Positions 30,308 through 36,848 of a stretch of 36,848 bases of DNA are shown here, in pieces. The stretch covers positions 1 through 36,848 of the forward strand of contig JAIRMI010000018.1 in assembly GCA_031258795.1 (NCBI GenBank), in the 5' to 3' direction. Position numbers and translations under genes: made by a program. The notes below the pieces were generated by a model, which was given only the letters and a program-made list of their open reading frames with translations, searched no databases and had not been told where the DNA came from. Every line of letters begins with the position of its first letter. The first letter of the stretch is position 1. Source of the stretch: Puniceicoccales bacterium (GTDB lineage: Bacteria > Verrucomicrobiota > Verrucomicrobiia > Opitutales > JAIRKQ01).

Positions 30308-30805
30308 ATGCGTCACGGTAAACATCGATTTTCTTTAGGGTGTAAAAAGGAGCACCGCGAAGCGTTGATGGCAAATTTGGCTTCTGCGTTGTTTGAACAC
30401 GGTAAAATTAATACAACTTTGGCCAAGGCCAAGGCACTGCGTCCGTTTGCCGAAAAACTAATAACCATGTCCGTTAAGGCGCATAAATCCATGGATGCTG
30501 CGGAGAAATTACACTATAGGCGGTTGGTTATTTCTCGCATCCGCAGTGAGTCGGCCGCAAAGGAACTCTTCGATGTGAAAGCGGCCGAGTTTGTCAGCAG
30601 ACACGGTGGTTATACGCGTATCTACAAGCTTGTTCCGCGCATAGGGGACGCTGCCAAAATGGCGGTGATTGAGTTGATATATGCCGATGATAAGGGGTAT
30701 TCCAAATCTCGTCGAGGAAAAAAGAAAGCGGCAAAGCAAAACAAGCCTGTTGAAATAAGGCCAGACGAATCCGAAATAAGCGAAAGCAGTGAAGTAGCTG
30801 CCTAG
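30308..30805 (+). CDS. rplQ: 50S ribosomal protein L17
   Basis: MRHGKH...LG....HR.A...NL...L..H..I.TT..KAK.LR...EKLIT.., ..GGYTRI.K...R.GD.A.M...EL. It has a basic then acidic C-terminal tail of about 35 aa. Confidence 0.96.
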   Translation: MRHGKHRFSLGCKKEHREALMANLASALFEHGKINTTLAKAKALRPFAEKLITMSVKAHKSMDAAEKLHYRRLVISRIRSESAAKELFDVKAAEFVSRHGGYTRIYKLVPRIGDAAKMAVIELIYADDKGYSKSRRGKKKAAKQNKPVEIRPDESEISESSEVAA

Positions 30806-30843
30806 CTACGATATTTTTTAAATATGCGTGTAACTGATTGCCA

Positions 30844-31053
30844 ATGAGTTTATTATCGTTTATTGTTTCATTCGCGGTATTATTCATTTTTATTGTTTTA
30901 TTTTTTGAGTGGAAAAACGATGCTTCCTGTGCCATATCTTCCAAATTCAATAAGGTGTTGTGGTGCAAGTACTGTGACCGTCTAGAGATTGGTGAAGGAG
31001 TGGAAAAGTTGTGTTCCCGTTGCGGAAACACGTGCGTGTTAGTCAAATTTTGA
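30844..31053 (+). CDS. Hypothetical small membrane-anchored zinc-ribbon protein (69 aa)
   Basis: ATG is at 30844; the track start at 30838 is a TTG. N-terminal hydrophobic helix LLSFIVSFAVLFIFIVLFF, then CKYC-(13 aa)-CSRC plus two further Cys. The stop lies 3 nt before the nadK ATG. I recognise no family. Confidence 0.5.
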   Translation: MSLLSFIVSFAVLFIFIVLFFEWKNDASCAISSKFNKVLWCKYCDRLEIGEGVEKLCSRCGNTCVLVKF

Positions 31054-31056
31054 GGA

Positions 31057-31839
31057 ATGTTTTGCAGGTTCGCAGTTGTGGTGAATGCATCAAAAACCGG
31101 CGCTCCATCTTTCGCGGAGATGCTTAAAACTCAGCTTGAAAAAAATGGTGCTGAAGTACGAGTTTTTGCCGAATATCCACTCGATGAAAATGTTTTATGC
31201 AAATTTGACCTCATTGTAACCGTCGGAGGTGACGGAACTATCCTGGGAATAGCTGGTACGGCGGCCAAGTTTGAGATGCCCGTTTTCGCTATAAATCATG
31301 GGGAGATTGGTTTTTTATCGACGTCGGATCGGGAACATGCCCTGAACCGAATTGGAAATCTCAAAGAGAACAATTTTAAATTGTCGAGTCGATCCATGCT
31401 AAGCGCTAGTCTAAAGGGAACGCAATACCCGGCCCTAAATGACGTCGTTATCCGCAGTAAAAATTGCGTCCGCTTGATAAAGTTAGCAGCCCATTTTAAT
31501 GGAAATTTGGTGTCTGAGTATCGTGCTGATGGGCTTATAATATCTTCACCGACCGGATCCACGGCATACAACCTTTCCGCCGGCGGGCCAATCGTTCACC
31601 CCGCTTTCGATTGCCTAATATTGACACCCATATGCCAGCACGATCGCCATACCCGTCCCCTCGTTTTGCCGGGTTCTGGAAAGCTAACCATAACCGAGAT
31701 CGGCGAGGAGTTTGCGATTTACTGTGACGGCAATTTGGTTGATCACGGCAATGAAATTGCTATCACAATTCCTGAAAAAAAACTCCATTTCATAGAAGCG
31801 GAACTGTCATTTTTCGACATCCTACGAAGAAAATTATGA
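31057..31839 (+). CDS. nadK: NAD(+) kinase
   Basis: 260 aa with GGDGT(ILG), NHGEIGFLS and DGLIISSPTGSTAYNLSAGGPIVHP motifs. Confidence 0.93.
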   Translation: MFCRFAVVVNASKTGAPSFAEMLKTQLEKNGAEVRVFAEYPLDENVLCKFDLIVTVGGDGTILGIAGTAAKFEMPVFAINHGEIGFLSTSDREHALNRIGNLKENNFKLSSRSMLSASLKGTQYPALNDVVIRSKNCVRLIKLAAHFNGNLVSEYRADGLIISSPTGSTAYNLSAGGPIVHPAFDCLILTPICQHDRHTRPLVLPGSGKLTITEIGEEFAIYCDGNLVDHGNEIAITIPEKKLHFIEAELSFFDILRRKL

Positions 31840-34032
31840 CCGTTTCAACGCCTGAATCAGACCCGTTAGGCGGGTATCGGTTTTGTTGTTTTTTACGGCG
31901 ATGCCGTAGGCGTCCATATCACCGACCATAAATACCTTGTTTTTGCCACGCGTAATTGCGGTGTAAATTAAGTTGCGCTGAAGCATGATGAAATGTTGCT
32001 TTAGAAGAGGGATGATCACCACTGGAAATTCACTCCCCTGGGACTTGTGAATGCTTATGGCGTAGGCAAGAGAAAGATCGTTAATATTTGCGCGGAAAAG
32101 GGTTACAGTTTCTTGGTTAAATTGCACTACAATTTCCTTGTCGTCACTGTTTATGTGCAAAACTCGGCCAGAATCGCCATTAAAGATACCCTTGTCGTAG
32201 TTGTTTTTTGTTTGAATGACCTTGTCTCCAACCCTGAATTGTGTCCAATCCGTTCCGAAGGATCGATCGACGAAAGTGTCCTGCAAAAGTCTGTTCAGTG
32301 AATCCGTCCCAACCGTGCCTTTGTGCATCGGGACGAGGATCTGCACATCATTGATTGGATCGATGTTATACCATTGTGGAACATATTTTTTGCAAATGGA
32401 GACGACTTTTTCGGCGCAATCTTCGGGATTTAAGGCCAATAAAAAGTGCACATCTCGGCGAGGATCCAGCTGCGAAACTTGGTAAACGGCATGGTACGGA
32501 AAGCTGGTATCATCGTTGCGGATCGCATAGGCAGTTGCAACGATATCGCTGCAGCCCTCTTGGCGGAAAATTTTGTTCAGCCGTGAAACCGTAAAGATTT
32601 GCGAATTTATTAGATCATTTAGGATGTTGCCGGGGCCAACTGATGGCAGCTGGTCAATGTCGCCAACAAGCATGATGGCAGTTTTGCTCGGTATGGCACG
32701 GATCAGCGACGCTGCCAAATAGGTGTCTATCATGCTGGCTTCGTCGATAATTATGTAATCCGTGTCCAATTGATTTTCATCGTTAAATAAAAATTTGCGC
32801 TCGCCGGGGTTATATTGGAGCAGGCGGTGTATGGTTTTTGCCTCCAGTCCCGTCGTTTCAAATAGCCGTTGGGCAGCTCGGCCAGTTGGCGCACACAGTG
32901 CAATTTTGGCATGTTTTGCTGACAAAATTGCCACCAATGCGCGGAGAATCGTTGTTTTTCCCGTGCCAGGACCACCGGTGATGATGTTTAACTTTGTGCT
33001 GAGGGAGGCGCGAAGAGCTTCAACCTGTGCATCGTCGAACACGAAACCTTCTCGGCTTTGTGCCCATTTTATCGCACTTTCAACGTCCAGTTTGGGGACG
33101 GAACAGCGATCATCGGAGGCGATATTTCGCAGCGCATGGGCAATGTTATTTTCGGCGTTGCGTATGGTTGATAGTTGCAGAATGTTCGGCTCGATTTCAA
33201 AAATTTGGCCAAAAGAGAGCATGTTCCCTAGGCGGGCTTCGATCCTGTCCGACGAAATTTTAAGCAAAATTTGCGTGTTGCGTATTAGGGTTTCCCTTGC
33301 TGCGCACGTGTGCCCATCGCTTTCCATTTCGCTGAAAACGTGCAAAATACCGGCTTCAATGCGGGAAAAGTGCGTTTCCGGAATACCTATATTTTTTGCG
33401 ATGCGGTCCGCCGTCTTAAAGCCAATACCGGAGACTTCCTTCGACACCCGATACGGGTCCGTTTCCAGAATTTCCCGCGCTCGCTCGCCATACTTGTCGT
33501 ATAGGCGCATGCACATTGCATTTGAAATTTCATAAGTTTGTAAAAAAATCATAATGTCGCGGATGGCGAATTGCTGGTTCCACGCTGCCTTGATTTTTTC
33601 TGCACGTTGTCTGCCAATTCCTTCTATTTCGAGCAGGCGAGCGGACTCCGTCGATAGAACGCTGAACGTATTTTTCCCGAAATGATCCACTATTTTTTTT
33701 GCGTAACCCTTTCCAATACCATCGATTAGCCCGCTTCCCAAGTAGCGGCGAATTCCCTTGATATCCGATGGAAGCTTGGACTCAATTTTAGAAAAACTAA
33801 ACTGTTGGCCATGTTTTTCATGCTTTGACCATAGCCCATGCACCTCGATAATTTCACCGCATTGCACATTTGGCATCAGCCCGCAAATCGTTGCGCTTGA
33901 ACCATTTTCGAGCTTTAGTTCGGCGACAGCATACCCGTTGCCGTCGTTTCTGTAAATAATTTTTTCCAAACTACCGAACAGCACCTCCTCCCCACCATTG
34001 CTTCCATCGGGCTGGGTATTAATTTCTTTCAC
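31834..34032 (-). CDS. recD2: SF1B ATP-dependent RecD-like DNA helicase (RecD2 / RecD-TraA family)
   Basis: 732 aa. The N-terminal region is followed by helix-hairpin-helix-like repeats (..IEGIGRQRAEKI.., ..VSGIGFKTADRIA..). Walker A ITGGPGTGKTT, IIIDEASM (Walker B), LVGDIDQLPSVGPG, a C-terminal SH3-like part and ..AISIHKSQGSEFP.V.. The start is a GTG overlapping the ruvB stop (GTGA). Confidence 0.9.
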   Translation of the reverse strand: MKEINTQPDGSNGGEEVLFGSLEKIIYRNDGNGYAVAELKLENGSSATICGLMPNVQCGEIIEVHGLWSKHEKHGQQFSFSKIESKLPSDIKGIRRYLGSGLIDGIGKGYAKKIVDHFGKNTFSVLSTESARLLEIEGIGRQRAEKIKAAWNQQFAIRDIMIFLQTYEISNAMCMRLYDKYGERAREILETDPYRVSKEVSGIGFKTADRIAKNIGIPETHFSRIEAGILHVFSEMESDGHTCAARETLIRNTQILLKISSDRIEARLGNMLSFGQIFEIEPNILQLSTIRNAENNIAHALRNIASDDRCSVPKLDVESAIKWAQSREGFVFDDAQVEALRASLSTKLNIITGGPGTGKTTILRALVAILSAKHAKIALCAPTGRAAQRLFETTGLEAKTIHRLLQYNPGERKFLFNDENQLDTDYIIIDEASMIDTYLAASLIRAIPSKTAIMLVGDIDQLPSVGPGNILNDLINSQIFTVSRLNKIFRQEGCSDIVATAYAIRNDDTSFPYHAVYQVSQLDPRRDVHFLLALNPEDCAEKVVSICKKYVPQWYNIDPINDVQILVPMHKGTVGTDSLNRLLQDTFVDRSFGTDWTQFRVGDKVIQTKNNYDKGIFNGDSGRVLHINSDDKEIVVQFNQETVTLFRANINDLSLAYAISIHKSQGSEFPVVIIPLLKQHFIMLQRNLIYTAITRGKNKVFMVGDMDAYGIAVKNNKTDTRLTGLIQALKRS

Positions 34033-35063
34033 AGGAACGTTTTCTGATTATTGGTTGTTGCTGCGAGGCCAATTTTTTGCCAACCCTTTGCGGTTAACAC
34101 GCGCCCTTGCTGCGTTCGCTGCAAGTATCCCTCTTGAATAAGGTAGGGCTCGTGCACATCCTCGACGGTTTGAATTTCCTCGCCCACTGCAATGGCGACC
34201 GTACTCAAACCCACAGGGCCGCCGTTGTAATTTTGACCGATGGTGGTAAGAATTTTTTTGTCCATATCGTCGAGCCCATCCCGGTCGATTTCAAGCATCT
34301 CCAGGGCATCTCTGGCAACGCTCTGGTCAGCAATGGGAAATAGTTTCTGCTGTGTAAAATCCCGCACAAAGCGGAGCAAATTATTAGCAATTCTCGGCGT
34401 ACCGCGGGAACGATTGGCGATTTCAAGTGCACAGTCTTCGGTTATTTGCAAATTCAATAACGCGGCGCTTCTTTTGATTATTTGGCATAGATCCTTGGCT
34501 GAATAATAATCCAGCCTAGATTGCAGCGTAAAGCGGCTCCTAAGCGGCGCGCTTAGGAGGCCCGTGCGCGTCGTTGCACCGACTAGTGTGAATGGCGGGA
34601 TCGATAGACTGACGCTGCGCGCATTTGGCCCTTGATCGATCATTATGTCGATTCTAAAATCCTCCATTGCCGAATACAGGTACTCCTCCACGACGCGTGG
34701 CAAGCGATGTATCTCGTCGATAAACAAAATATCGGCACGCTCCAGGCCCGTCAGTAGCCCGGCCAGGTCCGCTGCTCTTTCAATAACCGGTCCCGATGTA
34801 ACTCGCACGTTGGAGTTCATTTCCTTTCCGAGAATCATAGCCAACGTGGTCTTGCCCAGGCCCGGCGGCCCACAGAAAAGAATATGACTCAGCGCTTCTC
34901 CCCGCTTAACTGCAGCGCCGGTCATGATTTTCAGCCGATCCACGGTCTTACTTTGCCCGACAAAATCCAAAAAATCATGGGGCCGCAGTGTCTGCTCCCT
35001 CTCATCATTCGAGGCCTGATTTAGAATTTGTGGTATGCTGCTAACTTTCGCACCGTCGCTCAT
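34029..35063 (-). CDS. ruvB: Holliday junction branch migration helicase RuvB
   Basis: 344 aa with ..LRP..F.DF.GQ......L.I...AA..RGEAL.H.LF.GPPGLGKTTLA.I.., DEIHRL (Walker B/sensor), ..GATTR.G.L..PLR.RF.., ..SRGTPRIANNLLR.VRDF. Confidence 0.97.
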   Translation of the reverse strand: MSDGAKVSSIPQILNQASNDEREQTLRPHDFLDFVGQSKTVDRLKIMTGAAVKRGEALSHILFCGPPGLGKTTLAMILGKEMNSNVRVTSGPVIERAADLAGLLTGLERADILFIDEIHRLPRVVEEYLYSAMEDFRIDIMIDQGPNARSVSLSIPPFTLVGATTRTGLLSAPLRSRFTLQSRLDYYSAKDLCQIIKRSAALLNLQITEDCALEIANRSRGTPRIANNLLRFVRDFTQQKLFPIADQSVARDALEMLEIDRDGLDDMDKKILTTIGQNYNGGPVGLSTVAIAVGEEIQTVEDVHEPYLIQEGYLQRTQQGRVLTAKGWQKIGLAATTNNQKTFL

Positions 35064-35153
35064 TTTTCCAACGCTAAAGAAGTAGCAACCGGAAAAAACA
35101 AAACAAGAAATTTATTCACAAGCGGCAAACAGCCCCATGGTCGTACTTGTTGC

Positions 35154-35182
35154 TTGCATTATTTTTTTCAATCCTTGATATT
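35154..35182 (+). promoter_or_regulatory. Candidate sigma70-type promoter for tRNA-Pro (TTGCAT-17 nt-GATATT)
   Basis: TTGCAT at 35154-35159, an exact 17-nt AT-rich spacer, and GATATT at 35177-35182. The predicted start is about 3-4 nt before the mature tRNA 5' end. This is pattern match only. Confidence 0.35.
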
Positions 35183-35192
35183 TGCCCCGAGT

Positions 35193-35269
35193 CGGGGTGT
35201 AGCTTAGTCTGGTAGAGCGCTATGTTAGGGACGTAGAGGTCGCTGGTTCGAATCCAGTCGCTCCGACCA
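35193..35269 (+). tRNA. tRNA-Pro with apparent anticodon AGG (A34)
   Basis: 77-nt cloverleaf folded by hand. Acceptor CGGGGTG/CGCTCCG (C1:G72, two G:U pairs), A73 plus encoded CCA, D arm GCTT-AGTCTGGTA-GAGC, anticodon arm CTATG-TTAGGGA-CGTAG, variable AGGTC, T arm GCTGG-TTCGAAT-CCAGT. The anticodon AGG is at 35227-35229, with G37 following. Confidence 0.85.
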
Positions 35270-35352
35270 CGTTTCTACGACCAGTAGAAGAAATTATATG
35301 CTATTTAGACCACTAAAGTAGAGTGGTCAACTATTGTTGATTGCAAGGAATG

Positions 35353-35644
35353 TCCGTCCATGATACCAAGGACGCATAACTCCATAGGATAATTTGTCCA
35401 AAGTCAAGTGGTTGTGAAGTGGAAATTATGGCATAAACCGACTCAGGGAAAAATTAAAAGTTTCTTCAGAGGCAATAGAAAAACTTTTTGTTACAAACAA
35501 TGGCGTAAAATCGAAAACTTTCTTGCCAAATTAAAGGATTGGCGCTCCATCGCCACCCGCTATGATCGCTGTGCCCACACCTTCTTTTCTTTCACGCTTT
35601 CTTCTCCTCAATTTGCATCGCCTGCTCTTTTCTCTTTTATTTGA
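35353..35644 (+). pseudogene. Decayed C-terminal remnant of an IS5-family (DDE) transposase
   Basis: The 35408..35644 frame ends ..RGNRKTFCYKQWRKIENFLAKLKDWRSIATRYDRCAHTFFS.., the characteristic IS5/IS4-type C-terminal block (YK.RN.IE.FF..LK.+R.IATRYD+.A..F). An upstream piece (..HDTKDA*LHRIICPKSSGCEVEI..) lies in another frame with an in-frame TAA at 35377. The N-terminal two-thirds of a transposase is absent. Confidence 0.7.
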
Positions 35645-35693
35645 GCTTATAAGTCTTGACCCTAGGGCTTTTGGGTAACCATTTTTATTTTTT

Positions 35694-36401
35694 TTAGGCG
35701 ATGAACCTGAACCCCACACCCATAACAAAACCTGCGGTCAAGCTTTTGTGATTCGACATGAAATTAATTATCCAGGATAGAATTTTGACAAAGGTGGAAG
35801 CTAGCCAATAAGCGAATGGAGGGAGTTTGCGGAATAACAAACCTAAAAGTGTTTTAACAAGTTCTTTCGCTTTACGAGTTAGAAAACTTTCACTTTCACT
35901 ACGCCATACTGCTTTAATTACCTGTGATGTAACTTCGGCAACAATTTTGGCAAAGGTAAAAGCTAGCGCAAAGGCAACCAAGGGGAGATCTATAAGGAAT
36001 AATTTCAAAAGCGTCTTAGTAAAATCTCGAACTTCTTTTTTTGCTAAAGTCGCCAGTGTAATTATGGCTAGACCTGCAACAAAGGCTGGATGAGCTGAAC
36101 AAAATGACAAAACAGCGAAGCCAAACCTACTATTTGAAATGGCAGTTCCAACGACGCTAGCAGCCCGAGAAATCTTCAAAGATACACCTTGGGGCAAGCA
36201 TCGGCTAGCATGCCTCACGCCAATATCTTTTACTTTCTTTATGCAATTGAATGCGCCCCGAGCTAGCGAATTAGCCAGATCTGATGCTGCGATCAAAGAA
36301 CCCAGCAAGCTTTTCGCTTTAGATATAACATCTTCTCTGGAAAGCCCTACGGGCTCACTGTTCGTCGCTATTCCTTCCATAAAATCCCTATTGTGTAACA
36401 T
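35694..36401 (-). CDS. Hypothetical hydrophobic repeat protein (orphan, 235 aa)
   Basis: ORF-track entry, ATG start. An alternative ATG at complement 36380 (MEGIATN..) has AGGGA 4 nt upstream. Three hydrophobic helix-Pro-helix units are present: FGFAVLSFCSAHPAFVAGLAIITLATLA, LLKLFLIDLPLVAFALAFTFAKIVA and LLGLLFRKLPPFAYWLASTFVKILSWII. Each is preceded by a Lys-rich amphipathic stretch. A TTGACA-16-TAAAAA promoter-like pair lies upstream on the minus strand (about 36409-36436). I recognise no family. Confidence 0.6.
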   Translation of the reverse strand: MLHNRDFMEGIATNSEPVGLSREDVISKAKSLLGSLIAASDLANSLARGAFNCIKKVKDIGVRHASRCLPQGVSLKISRAASVVGTAISNSRFGFAVLSFCSAHPAFVAGLAIITLATLAKKEVRDFTKTLLKLFLIDLPLVAFALAFTFAKIVAEVTSQVIKAVWRSESESFLTRKAKELVKTLLGLLFRKLPPFAYWLASTFVKILSWIINFMSNHKSLTAGFVMGVGFRFIA

Positions 36402-36777
36402 AGGGTAGTATTTTTTTAAAAAAAGTCAAGAATTTGTCAAAGGTTGCATCAAAAAATTTTAAAAGGGCATAATGGAGTTTTAGGATCAGTGCTTGTTACT
36501 TTCATTTTATAGCTTGAAATCTGGTTAATTCCTCAATTTTCACGAAAGGTTGAACCTGCCCTGAAGTTGTTCAATCTTTCGTATTATTAATATCCCCTTA
36601 TTCTTTGCTGAAAAGCGTTAAATTTCAATTTTAACTGCTTTTTTGAAATCCGAGGCATGGGTCAAAGTTCAACATCTTGTCGCTGCCAAAGTCTCCTCGT
36701 ATGGTTCCCGCATTAGTGTCAGGACCCGAAAAGAAGCATTGACAGGTTAGGAAAAGGCCAATAGGAGATTGGCCATA

Positions 36778-36848
36778 ATGGAATTAATAAGAGAGGAAGC
36801 CTTTGAGAGGATAAAGCCGTATTTCCCGAAGTCGCGGGGGAAACCACG
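36778..36848 (+). mobile_element. Start of an IS5-family transposase ORF (N-terminal DUF4096-like region), truncated by the window edge
   Basis: ATG 36778 follows AGGAG by 10 nt. The translation MELIREEAFERIKPYFPKSRGKP.. matches the common IS5/IS4 N-terminal pattern (..W..I.P.(L/F)P.....G(R/K)P..). Only 23 codons are visible. Confidence 0.5.

Noticed and set aside
32795-33535. 246-aa plus-strand ORF inside recD2
   Set aside because: It is antisense to the well-supported helicase core (the Walker A/B region). Its Arg/Ser/Cys-rich composition is typical of an antisense frame.
35308-35328. GACCACT-AAAGTAG-AGTGGTC hairpin 3' of tRNA-Pro, as a terminator
   Set aside because: The stem is only 7 bp and no U-tract follows. 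It may equally be part of the degraded IS or insertion scar.
35668-35680. Possible IS terminal inverted repeat: the reverse complement of 35668-35680 (GGTTACCCAAAAG) versus GGACCCGAAAAG near 36721-36732
   Set aside because: Only about 9 of 13 positions match and a gap is needed. The similarity does not extend further, so it is too weak to define IS ends.
36657-36716. 19-codon ORF (MGQSSTSCRCQSLLVWFPH) in the spacer before the IS5-like start
   Set aside because: It is very short, the SD abuts the ATG, and there is no supporting feature. It probably lies within or next to the IS left end.

Overview
All calls come from reading the sequence and the supplied ORF track, and from recognising conserved motifs. 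No searches were run.

Positions 716-30805 are one uninterrupted, co-directional (+) translation/transcription supercluster:
- tRNA-Thr(GGT), tuf, tRNA-Trp(CCA), secE, nusG, rplK-rplA-rplJ-rplL, rpoB-rpoC and rpsL-rpsG-fusA.
- The S10 block, rpsJ to rpsQ.
- The spc block, rplN to secY, followed by map.
- The alpha block, rpsM-rpsK-rpsD-rpoA-rplQ.

Downstream are a small TM + zinc-ribbon ORF tightly coupled to nadK, and a convergent minus-strand ruvB-recD2 pair. After these come a tRNA-Pro with an apparent AGG anticodon, a decayed IS5-family transposase remnant, an orphan hydrophobic repeat protein (minus strand), and the first 23 codons of another IS5-like transposase at the right edge. The left edge (1-244) holds two mutually exclusive opposite-strand ORFs, followed by a ~470-nt AT-rich spacer.

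I saw no rRNA, CRISPR array or long tandem repeat. The EF-Tu switch-I variant suggests a PVC (Planctomycetota-like) organism, but that rests on my recollection and is low confidence.

I do not see a convincing novel multi-gene system; most of the window is ordinary core housekeeping. The items most worth a second look are:
- the A34 tRNA-Pro;
- the IS-bracketed orphan helix-Pro-helix repeat protein;
- the ambiguous edge ORF with a Cys/Ser/Thr-rich tail;
- the TM + zinc-ribbon ORF coupled to nadK;
- several lineage-specific oddities in conserved genes: a CCC motif in L15, a SecY C-terminal extra helix, and the absence of rpmD, adk, infA and rpmJ.

Several ORF-track starts are TTG/GTG upstream extensions. 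I moved those to the ATG that matches the conserved N-terminus and Shine-Dalgarno (SD) spacing.
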